DNA of 64,000 nucleotides, from assembly GCF_004010195.1 (NCBI RefSeq), contig NC_057718.1:80905561-80969560 (forward strand), given 5' to 3'. The stretch is from Chiloscyllium plagiosum. Its lineage: Eukaryota. The notes under the pieces were generated by a model. The model was not told where the DNA came from. It saw only the letters and a program-made list of their open reading frames with translations, and searched no databases. A program made the position numbers and the translations under genes. Within the stretch, counting starts at the first letter, position 1. Each line of letters starts with the position of its first letter. Of the stretch, positions 52,675-64,000 are shown in pieces.

Positions 52675-52920
52675 CTTTTTTTATGCAAAGGGTAGTGCAG
52701 GTATGGAATGAGCTGCTAGAGGAAGTTATCGCTCATCAGCATGATGAATTGTGGCTGGTACAATTACGTTTCAAAAGCATCTGTATAGGTATATGAATTT
52801 TGGAGGGATATAGGCCAAGTGCTGGCAAATGGGGCTAGATTAATTTAGGATATCTGGTCTGCATAGATGAATTGGACCAAAGGGTCTGTTTCCGTGCTGT
52901 ACACCTGACTTTATGACTGT
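52675..52920 (+). mobile_element. CR1 3' fragment
   Basis: FFMQRVVQVWNEL..GGGTCTGTTTCCGTGCTGTAC. Confidence 0.8.
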
Positions 52921-53861
52921 ATCAAAAACCAGCCAGCGAGACAGAATTGATATTGTAGTCTTGCATCCAGCAGAAACTGGGTTGAGATCTTTCAAATTTA
53001 TGCCCGATAGGCTCTTTTCAGTCAGAAGGAAGTGCAGACTTCTATCCGGTCTGTCTGGCTTTGATGCAAACTCTTTAAAAGTTGGAAATACTAGAAAGAG
53101 GGGGCATATATGCAAGTTCTTTTTAATGCTTATTTGATGTGCTTGCAGGACAAACTTCAATTTGGGTAAATTAAGTAGAAGACTAATTCTTGGTTTTTTT
53201 TTTAATTTATGTGGACTGTTGGTTTGACTTCATGTTTTTGGAGCTAAATTACTCTTGTTTGCATTTTACTATATTCTGTAAAAGGGGAAATAATGGTCAA
53301 AGTATTCCATATGTTGGTATCTTTGACAATTTCTTAAATATGCGTTAGTGGATTTGCAAATTTTTTGATTGGAACACAATAACATGGATTTTGCAGTCAG
53401 TATTGTACAAATGGTATTAGTTGTCATTGTACTGACAGCAGTTCACAGATTTTCTATGCACTCTTGCACTGGAACCTGGGGTGATTAGAAGTCCAAGAAA
53501 GCACAGAATCCTCTGCAGGGATCTACACCCTGTTAAAGCAGGGAAAACAACTGTGAGTCTCTTTTACCAGTTAAATTGAAGAATTGTGAACAAGGCAGAA
53601 TCTGAAAAGGAAATGCAGTTCATTGAATGCCAATAAACAATTGAAAGTAAAATGGGAGCACGCAAAATACACATTAGGAGCAGGGGGGAGACCATCTGGC
53701 ACATTGAGTGTGTTCTGCCATTTGATATTGCGAGTTCTAGCCAAGTGGTTTGGGCACACCTTTCTGGTTACTGCTGAAAACTTTTGAGTTCTTTGTTAGC
53801 CAAAAACATATTTACCTTAGCCTCACGCCCACACAACAACCCTGCCTCCACCACCCTGAGA

Positions 53862-54935
53862 ATTATAGACATGTACAGCACAGCAACAGACCCTTTGGTC
53901 CAACTCATTCATGCCAACCAGAGAGCCTAAATTAATCTAGTCCCATTTGCCAGCATCCGGCCCATATCCCTTTTAAACCCTTCCTACTCATATCCCCAAA
54001 CAGATGTCTTTTAAATGCGTAATTGTACCAGCCTCCACCACCACCTCTGGCAGCTCATTCCAGCACCCCCTGCATGAAAAAGTTGCCCCATATGTCCCTT
54101 TTTAAATGTTTCCCCTGTCACCCTAAACCTAGGCCCTCTAGTTCTGGACTCCTCCACCCCAAGAAAAAGACCTTGTCTATTTACCCTATCCATGACTCTC
54201 ATGATTTTATAAACCTCTTTAGGGTCACCACTTATCTTCCAGTATTCCAATGAAAGTAGCCCCATTCTGTTTTGCCTTTCTCGAGAGCTTAAGCCATTCA
54301 ACCCTGGCAACATCCTTGTAAATCTTTCCTGAACCCTTTCAAGTTTAACAACATCTTTTCGATAGTAAGGGGTTCAGAATTGAATGCAGTATTCCAAAAG
54401 TTGCCTTATCAACGTCCATGACAGACGCAACATGACCTCCCAACTCCAATACTCAATACACTTACCAATAACAGCAAGCTTACCAAATGCTGCCTTCACT
54501 ACCCTGCTTATCTGTGACTCCACTTTCAAAGAGCTATGAACTTGCGCTCAAACGTCTCTATGTTCAACAAAACTTCCCAGGACTTGACCATTAAATGTAT
54601 TCATCCTGTCCTGATTCTCTCTACCAAAGTGCAGCAGCTCGCATTTATTTAAATTAAACTCCATCTGCCATTGCTTAGCCCACTGCCCCATCTGATCAAG
54701 GTCCTTTTGTACTGTGAGGTAACCTTCTTCTCTGTCAACTATACCATCAATTTTGTTGTCATCTGTAAACTTACTAACCATACTTCCTATATTGAATGTA
54801 GTATTCCAAAAGTTGCCTTATCAACGTCCATGACAGCCGCAACATGACCTCCCAACTCCAATACTCAATGCACTGACCAATAACAGCAAGCTTACCAAAC
54901 ACTGCCTTCACTACCCTGCTTATCTGTGACTCCAC
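53862..54935 (-). mobile_element. 5'-truncated CR1 with a 145-bp internal segment duplicated at its 5' junction
   Basis: KFTDDNKIDG..; 54379-54523 is repeated at 54791-54935. Confidence 0.88.
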
Positions 54936-55029
54936 CTCCAGCCCTATAAGCCTTCAAGATCTCTGCCCTAACGATAAATATCTTAAACTCAATTGGCTCT
55001 GAGCTCTGGGATTCCTTCTCTCTGCTCCC

Positions 55030-55355
55030 AAAAGGTGAGGGAGTACTGAATGAGTATTGCACTGTCAGGTATGCAGTCTTTCAGTCAACCCTACATGTCT
55101 TTACAGGTAGTTGTCACAAGTTCCACTTCAATATTTCGAAGGACAGGGAAGTTGTCTGTCACATCCTGGCCAATATCCCTCAATCAACATCACATCAAAA
55201 AAAGTTGTTCTTAATATAAGTGGGAGTTTGCTGTGTGGATGTTGCTGCATTTCCTCTATTATAATAGTGACTACATTTTCAAAGTTCTTAAATGGTTGTA
55301 AAGCTCCTTGAGGTGTCTGGTCATCATGAAAGATTGTATAAAAGTATAAGCCTTT
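55030..55355 (+). mobile_element. Decayed Deu-domain (SacSINE/AmnSINE-like) SINE
   Basis: GAGGGAGTACTG..GCACTGTCAG..TCTTTC; TCCTGGCCAATAT..CCTCAATCAACATCAC; GTGGGAGTTTGCTGTG; TGTAAAGC..TTG tail. Confidence 0.6.
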
Positions 55356-55424
55356 CCCTCATCTTTTAAGATGGCATCTTAAAACCTACATATATTCCCA
55401 GAGTTGTATTTTTTTTTTAACCCA

Positions 55425-55700
55425 GCCTCAGTGTCAGGGACGCTTGGGCAACTGTGTGGAGTTTGCACATTCTCCCCTTGTTTGCGTGGGTTCCCTCCAG
55501 GTGTTCTGGTTTTCTTCCACAGTCCAAATATGTGCAGGCTAGGTGGATCAGCCATGCTGAATTGCCCATAGTGTCTAGCAATGTGCAGGCTAGGTGGATT
55601 AGCCATGAGAAGTGCATGGATAGGGTAGTGGTGGGTCAAGGTGGGATGCTCTTTGGAGGGTCGGTATGGACTTGAGGGGCCAAGCGGCCTGCTGCCACAT
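55425..55700 (+). mobile_element. V-SINE variant with a short internal duplication
   Basis: TGTGGAGTTTGCACATTCTCCCC core; ATGTGCAGGCTAGGTGGAT(C/T)AGCCATG occurs twice (~55530 and ~55581). Confidence 0.8.
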
Positions 55701-55999
55701 TTTGGCAACGCTGTGATGAATCTGATTTTCTGATGTTCCTTTGTGAATGTCAAATTTTACCCTTTTCTGAAGTGAATGTGAAATTTTGCAATGCTAAGGG
55801 TGCTATATAACTACAAATGATAGTTTTCACCCAATTGATCAAATCTATCCAATTTTTCTGCACTGTTGTAAACAACCTTTTGTTTTTGAAATTTGGAATG
55901 AAGCAGTACTCCACATTGGCTTGGTAAATGTTAGAGTGTATCATGTGGACTGTTTGAGCTTTTCCCAACATATAGATTTACTTTAAGTCTATATTTTAA

Positions 56000-56298
56000 G
56001 GGTGGCACGGTGGCTCATTGGTTAGCACTACTGCCTCACAGCACCAGGACCCAGGTTCAATTCCAGCCTCGGGTGGCTGTCTGTGTGGAGTTTGCACATT
56101 CTCCCTGTGTCTGCGTCGGTTTCCTCTGTACTCCGGTTTCCTCCCACAGTCCAAAGATGTGCAGGTCAGGTGAATTGGCCTGTCTTAGGTGCATTAGTCA
56201 GAGGGAAATGGGTCTGGGTGGGCTACCTGGATGTGGACTTGTTGGGCCGAAGAGCCTGTTTTCACATTGTAGGGAATCTAATCAGAATGTAATCTAAT
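56000..56298 (+). mobile_element. HE1/V-SINE-type SINE
   Basis: GGGTGGCACGGTGGCTCATTGGTTAGCAC head, core, TCTAA tail. Confidence 0.9.
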
Positions 56299-56684
56299 TC
56301 ACAAAAATGTCATGTCTCCAAGTCTGCTTATTTGTTTGATTTTGAAAGTAGATTTTAGTCCTTTTTTGATATGAAAGCTTTAAAAGTCTACCGTGTCCAG
56401 CTTTCAACAGTTAATGCAGACTACATAATGAACTTACCGTTGTTGGAGGATAACTGCTGGTAAAAGTTACATGGACTAAATGACCAATGACTATTCCAGT
56501 TATGTTTATAATCCCACTAAATTATCAAGGTTTACCATATGATCAGAATGCCCAGCAATCTTTGGCAAAGAAATACCTCTGGATTCTGAATACACATATA
56601 TATCTGAAATCATAGCTCTACCACCGCAGTGATTAGAAAATATTTGGATATTTTTCTCCTTTCAATATAAGCTGTACTCCCCTC

Positions 56685-57280
56685 TATCACTTCCTCTGGC
56701 AGCTCATTCCATATATGCAACCTCTGTGGGAAGAGTTGTCCCTCAGGTCCCTCTTAAATCTTTCCCCTCTCACCTTAAACCTGTGCCATTAATTTTGGAC
56801 TCCCCTAACCTGGGGAAAAGTCCTTGGCTATTCACCTTACCTATGTCCCATATAATTTTATGAACCTTTATAAGGTCACCCCTCAGCCCCGTTATGCTCC
56901 AAGGAAAAAAAAGTCCCAGCCTCTCCTTATAATTCAAAACCTTCAGTCTCTGTATAATATTCTTAAATCTTTTTTGCATCCTTTTCAATTTAATAATATC
57001 TTTCCTGTGACCGAGCAACCATGATTGTACACAGTAGTCCACATGTAGCCTCACCAATGTCTTCTACAACCACAGCATGATTTCCAATACTCCAATACTC
57101 AATGCTCTGACTAAGGAGAACAACGTGCCAAATGCCACCTTAAGCACCCTATCTACCTGTGACTCCACTTTGAAGGAACTATGTACTTTCACCCTTAGCT
57201 CTTTCTGTTCGAGGTCACTCCCCAGGGCCCTACCATCAACTATGCAAGTTCTGCCCTGGTTTATCTTAGCAAAGTGGTAA
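56685..57280 (-). mobile_element. CR1 C-terminal fragment
   Basis: VRLHVDYCVQSW..LRGDLIKVHKII. Confidence 0.8.
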
Positions 57281-57284
57281 CCTT

Positions 57285-58090
57285 TAACTAGTAGGTTGTT
57301 ACAGGGATTAGTGCTGGGATCGTCATTATTTACACTGTTACTGATTCAAAAGGAAAGTGAATGTATCAAAACCAAGTTTAATGATATAAAAATAGGAAGA
57401 CAAGTGGTAAGGGTGCCAGAGTCTGAAGAGGGATTTGGGTTAAGTGAGTGGGTTAAACTTGGCAGATAGATATTATGTGGGAAAATGTGAAATTATGCAC
57501 TTTGGCAAGAAGAATGGAGGAGACGAATATTATTTGAATGGAAAGACTGTAGAAAACTGAAGCACAGTTAAATTTGGAAGTCTTCGTGCATAACTCACAA
57601 AAAGCTAGCATTTAAGTGTGGAGAATGCAGAAAGCAAATGGATAGCTAGCCTTCATTTGAAAGGGAATGGAGTTGAAAAATAGCGAGAATCTACTTAAAA
57701 TTATGCCAAGAACTAGTTAGGTTGCACTTGGAATACTGTGAGCTGTTTTGACCCCCTTATCTGAGAAAAGACATACTAGCATTGCAGGCAGTCACCAAGA
57801 AATGTTCACTAGGTTGATCCCAGGTATGGCGGAATTTTCTTATGAGAAGTTGAATTGGTTGGTCATGAATTAGTTGGAGTTTAGAAGAATGAAGAGTGAT
57901 CTTATTGAAAGAAGCTGGATTCATAGGGGTCTTGAGAGTATAAATGCTAAGAGATTGTATTCCCTTGTCGGAGTCTCGAACCAGAGAGAATAATCTGAGT
58001 GTGGGGCGGGGGGTTGCCCATTTAAGACTAAGAATTTCTTCAGAGCAGTGAGTCTGTGAAATTCTTTATTGTGAAGGCTGTGGAGTCTTG
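57285..58090 (+). mobile_element. Old CR1-like RT/C-terminal remnant
   Basis: TTACAGGGATTAGTGCTGGG; GAAAATGTGAAATTATGCACTTTGG; CTTGGAATACTGTGAGC. Confidence 0.7.
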
Positions 58091-58446
58091 TTGATCACTT
58101 ATTTAGGATGTTAGACCATCACGCCGTTATGCCCTTTTGATTATATTTGTAATTGGCAGTATTAAGATTTAAAAAACATCACTGTCCTATTACAAATAGT
58201 GACTTAAGTGAACCACACAGTAAGTTTGAGATGCTTTTTAATGTTTGTGTGAAACGTTTGCAACAAAAACTTCCAGCTCGGCGAACAGAACCACAACATG
58301 CTTTTTAATTTTTTCATTGTGTAGTATATGCAAATTTTTGTTAAAATACTGCATTAATAAAATAGTCAGTTTGTAGACTACGTGATATATAGACTACAAG
58401 ATATATAGTTATAGGAGCAAATTAGTCCAGATACAGGAATCTATAC

Positions 58447-58635
58447 TGAAAACAAAAATGCTGGAAGTCACAGCAGTCAGGGAACATCCATGGCGAGAGA
58501 GCAAGTTAACATTTTGAGTCTAGATGACGCTTCATCAGAGCTGCTGACGCTACAGTAATCTAGATGAAACATGAACTTGCTCTCTCTCCACAGATGCTGT
58601 TTGACTGCAATGATTTCCAGCATTTTTTGTTTTCA
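58447..58635. mobile_element. Decayed fold-back PLE-derived element (third family)
   Basis: TGAAAACAAAAATGCTGGAA..GAGAGAGCAAGTT pairs with AACTTGCTCTCTCTC..TTCCAGCATTTTTTGTTTTCA; minus strand CTGATGAAGCGTC(ATCTA)GACTC-AAAATGTT is a degenerate hammerhead. Confidence 0.65.
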
Positions 58636-58659
58636 CATGGTGTCTTCCTTGACCTCTAA

Positions 58660-59020
58660 GTCCCCAAGTAATTTAAAGCCAACAAAGTATCTTTTGAAGT
58701 GTAGCTTCTGTTGAGAAAGGTGGCAGACAATTAATGGACAGCAAGGTTTGATCACAAACAGCCTGTCTTTTGGTGTTGGTTGAGCATTAAGTATTGACAA
58801 GAACCACACTGCTCCTCTTAATAGTGCAGTGCAATCTGTTAATTCCACCTGAAGAGGGCAGACAAGGATGTCTCATCTGGAAAAAAAAGCCTTTCTGGTT
58901 TTGCAGCACCCTCAGTACTGCAAATGGGTCTGTCGATTTGGATTTATATTCAAGCCTCTGAGATAGGGATTGTAACTCAAACTTCCAGGTCAGATTTCCC
59001 ACTGAACCATAGCTGACACA
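58660..59020 (-). mobile_element. Decayed Deu-domain SINE
   Basis: TCCACCTGAAGAGGGCAGAC..GTCTCATCTG..GCAGCACCCTCAGTACTGCA is a reverse-complement match to 55030-55350. Confidence 0.6.
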
Positions 59021-60187
59021 GTCTTATCAATATTTCCTTTCCTTTTTTCCCAAAAATATAATTTATTCATAAGGGAAGTTCATTTCACAACAGTTGAAGC
59101 TTGACATTACATAATATAAAAATGAATTTCTTTCAACAGAAGACATGAGTTGCTTCATTAGACATAATGTTATTTGGTTGTCCAAGACAGTGATGGATGA
59201 GGATGCTCCAGCCAGAGCTCAACCGCTCCATCTGTTTTATTTCTTATTTCTTTCTCATTTTTTTTCTTTATTTTTGTCCTTTTCTCTTGATGTTTCTTCT
59301 TGGCCTCAGCACGGATCCAGAGAGACAGTGGCAGTGTCTCAGCATGATCTCTCAGCAGTTCATGGCAATATAGTGGCCTTTTCTTGGCAGGTCCTGGTCT
59401 GGCCTCTTGGCTTGTGGCGGGTATCTGCCTGGTCTCTTGGTAGCTTGTGGTGATATGTTGCACTGGTCTCTTGATGGCTCGTGGTGGTGTCTCAGCTTGG
59501 CATGCAAGTAGATGCTGCCCAGTCTTGTTCCAAAGGCACCGGGGGTGATAGGGAAAGTGGCAGCATCAGAAGGATCAATGGAGTCATGGCCCAATATGGG
59601 AACAGTGAGCATGGAGGAAGGTCCCCTGGTATGTCAAGTAGTGGCGTTGAGAACAGGCAACTGAGGTCTCCTGGAGAGCGAGATAAGCAGAGGTCTTATC
59701 AAAGACTGTTGGTCTTTTAGCTTGATTCCTTTATTCTCTAGTGTAAATTTAGTAAGACTTTAATATTAACTATTATCTTATTTCTTATTCTATGAAGATA
59801 ATGCTCAACATTTTAACTCTGTTTCTCTTACTACTTTGTACCTAGGTTTTTTTTGTAACTATGTACTTAAGATGGTACGTGTGTGGTGACATTATGCACT
59901 TTTCACTGTACTGTTGTACTTGAGTACATGTGATAATAACATTTATATTTCTTGTGTACTTAAATCTATATTATAAATAAGAGCAGGAGTGGTCCATTCA
60001 ACCTTTCTGAGCCAGGTCTGCGATTTAATTAGAATTTTTTAAATCATTTATGGGATGTGGGCATTGGTGGCTGGCCAGTATTTATTGCCCATCTTGCCAA
60101 GTGGGGAACATCCCATCACACTCCTGACTTGTGCCTTTTAAAGATGTGGCTTTGGGGAGTCAGGAGGTGAGTCATTCATCACAGTAC

Positions 60188-63100
60188 AGTCATAGAGATG
60201 TCCAGTACGGAAACAGACCCTTTGGTCCAACGCGACCAGATATCCCAACCCAATCTAGTCCCACCTGCCAGCACCCGGCCCAGATCCCTCCAAACCCTTT
60301 TTATTCATATACCTTTTTAAATGTTGCAATTGTGCTAGTCTCCACCACTTCCTCTGGCAGCTCATTCCATGCACGTACCACCTTCTGTGAAAAAGTTGCC
60401 CCTTAGGTCTCTTTTATATCTTTCCCCTCTCACCCTAAATCTATGCCCTTTAGATCTGGACTCCGCCCACCCTAGGGAAAAGACTTTGTCTGTTTATCCT
60501 ATCTGTGCCCCTCATGATTTTATAAACCTCTATAAGATCACCCCTCAGCTTCCGGCGCTCAGGGAAAACAGCCCCAGTCTGTTCAGCCTCTCCCTATAGC
60601 TCAAATCCTCCAACCCTGGCAACATCCTTGTAAATCTTTTCTAAACCCTTTCAAGTTTCACAACAACTTTCCCATAGGAAGGAGACCAGAATTGAATGCA
60701 ATATTCCAACAGTGGCCTAACCAATGTCCTGTGTGGCCGCAACATGACCTCCCAACTCCTGGACTCAATACTCTGATCAATAAAGGAAAGCATACTAACC
60801 GCCACCTTCACTATCCTATCTACCTGTGCCTCCACTTTCAAGGAGCTATGGACCTGCATTCCAAGGTCTCTTTGTTCAGCAACACTTCCTAGAACCTCAG
60901 CCCATTGGCCCATCTGATCAAGATCCCATTGTAATCTGAGGTAACTTTCTCCACTGTCCACTACACCTCCAATTTTGGTGTCATCTGCAAACTTACTAAC
61001 TATACCTCTTATGCTCACATCCAAATCATTTATATAATTGCTGGGTCCACTACTTTTCATCATCTATCCTTGTGGCACTCCACTGGTCACAGGCCTCCAG
61101 TTTGAAAAACAACCCTCCACCACACCCTCTGTCTTCTACCTTTGAGCCAGTTCTGTATCCAAGTGGCTAGTTCTCCCTGTATTCCATGAGATCTAACCTT
61201 GCTAATCAGTCTCCCATGGGGAACCTTGTCAAATGCCTTACTGAGGTCCATATAGATCACATCTACTGCTCTACTCTCATCAATCCTCATTGTTACTTCT
61301 TCACAAAACTCAATCAAGTTTGTGAAACATTATTTCCTATGCACAAAGCCATGTTGACTATCCTTAATCAGTCATTGCCTTTCCAAATACATGTACATCC
61401 TGTCCCTCAGGATTCCCTCAGCAACTTGCCCACCACCAACGTCAGGTTCTCACCGGTCTATAGTTCCCTGGCTTGTCCTTACCACCCTTCTTAAACAGTG
61501 GCACCACACTTGCCAACCTCCAGTCTTCCGGCACCTCACTTATGACTATCGATGATACAAATATCTCAGCAAGGGGCTCAGCAATCACTTCCCAAGCTTC
61601 CCACAGAGTTCCCGGGTACACCTGATCAGGCCCTGGGGATTTATCCACTTTCATGTGTTTCAAGACATCCACCACTTCCTCCTCTGTAGTATGGACATTT
61701 TTCAAGATGTCACCTCTATTTTCCTACATTCCATATCTTCAGTGTCCTTTTCCACAGTAAATACTGATGCAAAATACTTGTTTAGTATCTTCCCCCCTTT
61801 TTCTGCGGCTTCACACAAAGGCCACCTTGCTGATCTTTGAGGGGCCCTGTTCTCTCCCGAGTTACCCTTTTGTCCTTCATGTATTTGTAAAACCCCTTTG
61901 GATTCTCCTTAATTCTATTTGTCAAAGCTATCTCATGTCCCCTTTTTGCCCTCCTGATTTCCCTCTTAGGTGTACTTCTACTGCCTTTATACACTTTTAA
62001 GGATTCCCTCGATCTATCCTGTCTGTACCTGACATATGCTTCCTCCTTTTTCTTAATCAAACCCTCAATTTCTTTAGTCATCCCGCATTCCCTATACCTA
62101 CCAGCCTTCCCCTTTAACCCTAAACAGGAATGTAATTTCTCTGGACACTCATTATCTCATTTCTGAAGGCTTCCCATTTTCCAGCTGTCCTTTTACCTGC
62201 AAACATCTGCCCCCGATCAGCCTAATACCGTCAAAATTGGCCTTTCTCCAATTTAGAACTTCAACTTTTAGATCTAGTCTATCCTTTTTCATCACTATTT
62301 TAAATCTAATAGAATTATGGTTGCTGACCCCAAAGTGCTCACCCACTGACACCTCAGTCACCTGCCCTACCTTATTTCGCAAGAGTGGCTCAAGTTTTGC
62401 ACCTTCTCTAGTAGGTACATCCACATACTGAATCAGAACATTTTCTTGTACACACTTAACAAATTCCTTTCCATCTATACACTTAACACTATGGCAGTCC
62501 CAGTCTATGTTTGGAAAGTTAAAATCCCCTACCATAACCACCCTATTATTCTTGCAGATGACGGAGATCTCCTTACAAAATTGTTTCTCAATTTCTCTCT
62601 GACTATTAGGGGGTGTGTAATACAATCCCAATAAGATGATCATCCCTTTCCTATTTCTCAGTTCAACCCTAATAACTTGTGTACTTCTGTGAATACCCTG
62701 CCTCAGTACAGCTGTAATGCTATCCCTTAACAAAAACATTGCTCTCCCTTCTCTCTCGCCTTCCTGTAGCATTTATATCTTGGAATATTAAGCTTCCAGT
62801 CCTGTCTATCCCTGAGCCATGTTTCTATAATTGCTATGATAGCCCTGTCCCATGTTCTTAACCCTGCCCTGAGTTTATCTGCCTTCTTTGTTATTGCATT
62901 GAAATAAATGCAGTTTAGTTTATCAGCCCTACCTTGTTCTTTGCTTTGTCCCTGCCTGCCCTAACTGTTTGACTCGCTTCTGTTCTCAACTGTACCGGTC
63001 TCAGATTGATCTCTCTCCTCACTCGCTCCCTGGGTCCCATCCCCCCACTTTACTAGTTTAAATACTCCCGATCAGCTCTATCAAATTTCCCTGCCAGTAT

Positions 63101-64000
63101 ATTAGTCCACTTCCAGTTTAGATGCAATCTGTCCTCCTTATGCAGGTTACTTCATACCCCAAAAGAGATTCCAATGATCCAAAAATGTGAATCCTTCTCT
63201 CATACACCAGCTCCTCAGTCATGCATGCCTCTGCTCTAACCTCCTATTCTTGCCCTCACTAGCTTGTAGCACTGGGAGTAATCCAGATATTACTACTGTC
63301 GAGGACCTCCTTTTTAAATTCCTGCTTAACTCTCCGTAATCTCTCTTCAGAATCTCAACCTTTTCTCTTCCTATGTCGTTGGTTCCAATGTGTACAATGA
63401 CCTCTTGCTGGCCCCTCTTCCCCCTTGAGAATATTCTGTACCCTCTCTGAGACATCCTTGATCCTGGCACCAGGGTAGCAACACACCATTCTGATTTTTT
63501 GCTGCTGGCCGCAGAAACATCTGTCTGTACCTTGTAGTAGAGAGTCGCCTAACATAATTGATCTCTTGGAACCTGACAGACCCCCTCATTGCAATAGAGC
63601 CAGTCTCAATACCAGAAACTTGGCTGTTGGTGCTACGTTCCCTTGAGAATCCATCACCCCCTACATTTTGCAAAACAGCATACTTATTTGAAATGGGGAT
63701 AGCCACAAAAGACTCCTGCACTAGCTGCCTACCTCTCTTACCTTTCCTGGAGTTAACCTATCAATGTGACTGTATCTGCGACTTTTCCGCCTTCCTATAA
63801 CTGTCATCCATCACACCCCCTTACTCTTGTGAGTTCCTCATTGCCTCTGTCTCTCCAACTGATCCATTCGAGCTGATAGGATTCGCAACCAACTGCATTT
63901 GTTGCAGATATAATCTGCAGTAACCTGTAAACTCTCCCCAAACACACACACCTGACAAGAGCATATCTCTTGATTAAAGGCCATTTTTTGCTCCTTCACA
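60188..64000 (-). mobile_element. Near full-length CR1 LINE running off the window end, antisense in the QKI intron
   Basis: Tail at 60188; KFADDTKIGG; NYRPV; endonuclease ORF 62152-62772; ORF1 LGDSLLQGTDR..VIVHIGTNDIGR. Confidence 0.95.

Larger units (their letters stand above)
32812..64000 (+). other. QKI: QKI intron 1 (continues beyond the window)
   Basis: GT donor at 32812; the expected exon 2 peptide (EISRVRKDMY..) was not seen in the ORF track or by eye. Confidence 0.75.

Noticed and set aside
59043..59072. Third Tx1-like 3' end (TTTTTTCCCAAAAATATAATTTATTCATAA)
   Set aside because: Similarity lasts only ~30 bp of AT-rich sequence and the shared target motif is absent; too weak to call.
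59145..59720. Cluster of overlapping short ORFs in moderately GC-rich sequence
   Set aside because: No recognisable protein motif or splice structure; it precedes a LINE-type tail and is probably an unclassified repeat.

Overview
Eukaryotic genomic DNA, most likely from a shark. The repeat content points to cartilaginous fish: CR1 LINEs with (CTATGACT)n tails, HE1/V-SINE-type SINEs and Deu-type SINEs. The only host gene I can support is QKI (quaking, STAR/KH RNA-binding protein). Its first coding exon is at 32670-32811 (+), inside a CpG-rich, repeat-free domain of about 9 kb, followed by more than 31 kb of intron 1; exon 2 was not found. The rest is nested, mostly decayed retroelements (CR1, Rex1/Babar-like, Tx1-like, SINEs, one split TA-flanked MITE) plus two assembly gaps. 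Three observations stand out. (1) A set of Penelope-like elements (PLEs) carry minimal hammerhead-ribozyme motifs and show fold-back plus ~37-nt tail architecture. (2) A PLE reverse-transcriptase fragment has a 38-nt piece of RT coding sequence reiterated 29 times perfectly at an internal deletion junction. (3) Two distinct Tx1-like copies are inserted sequentially at the same 14-bp target. All repeat-family names come from motif recognition, not database searches, and repeat boundaries are approximate unless a TSD is given.
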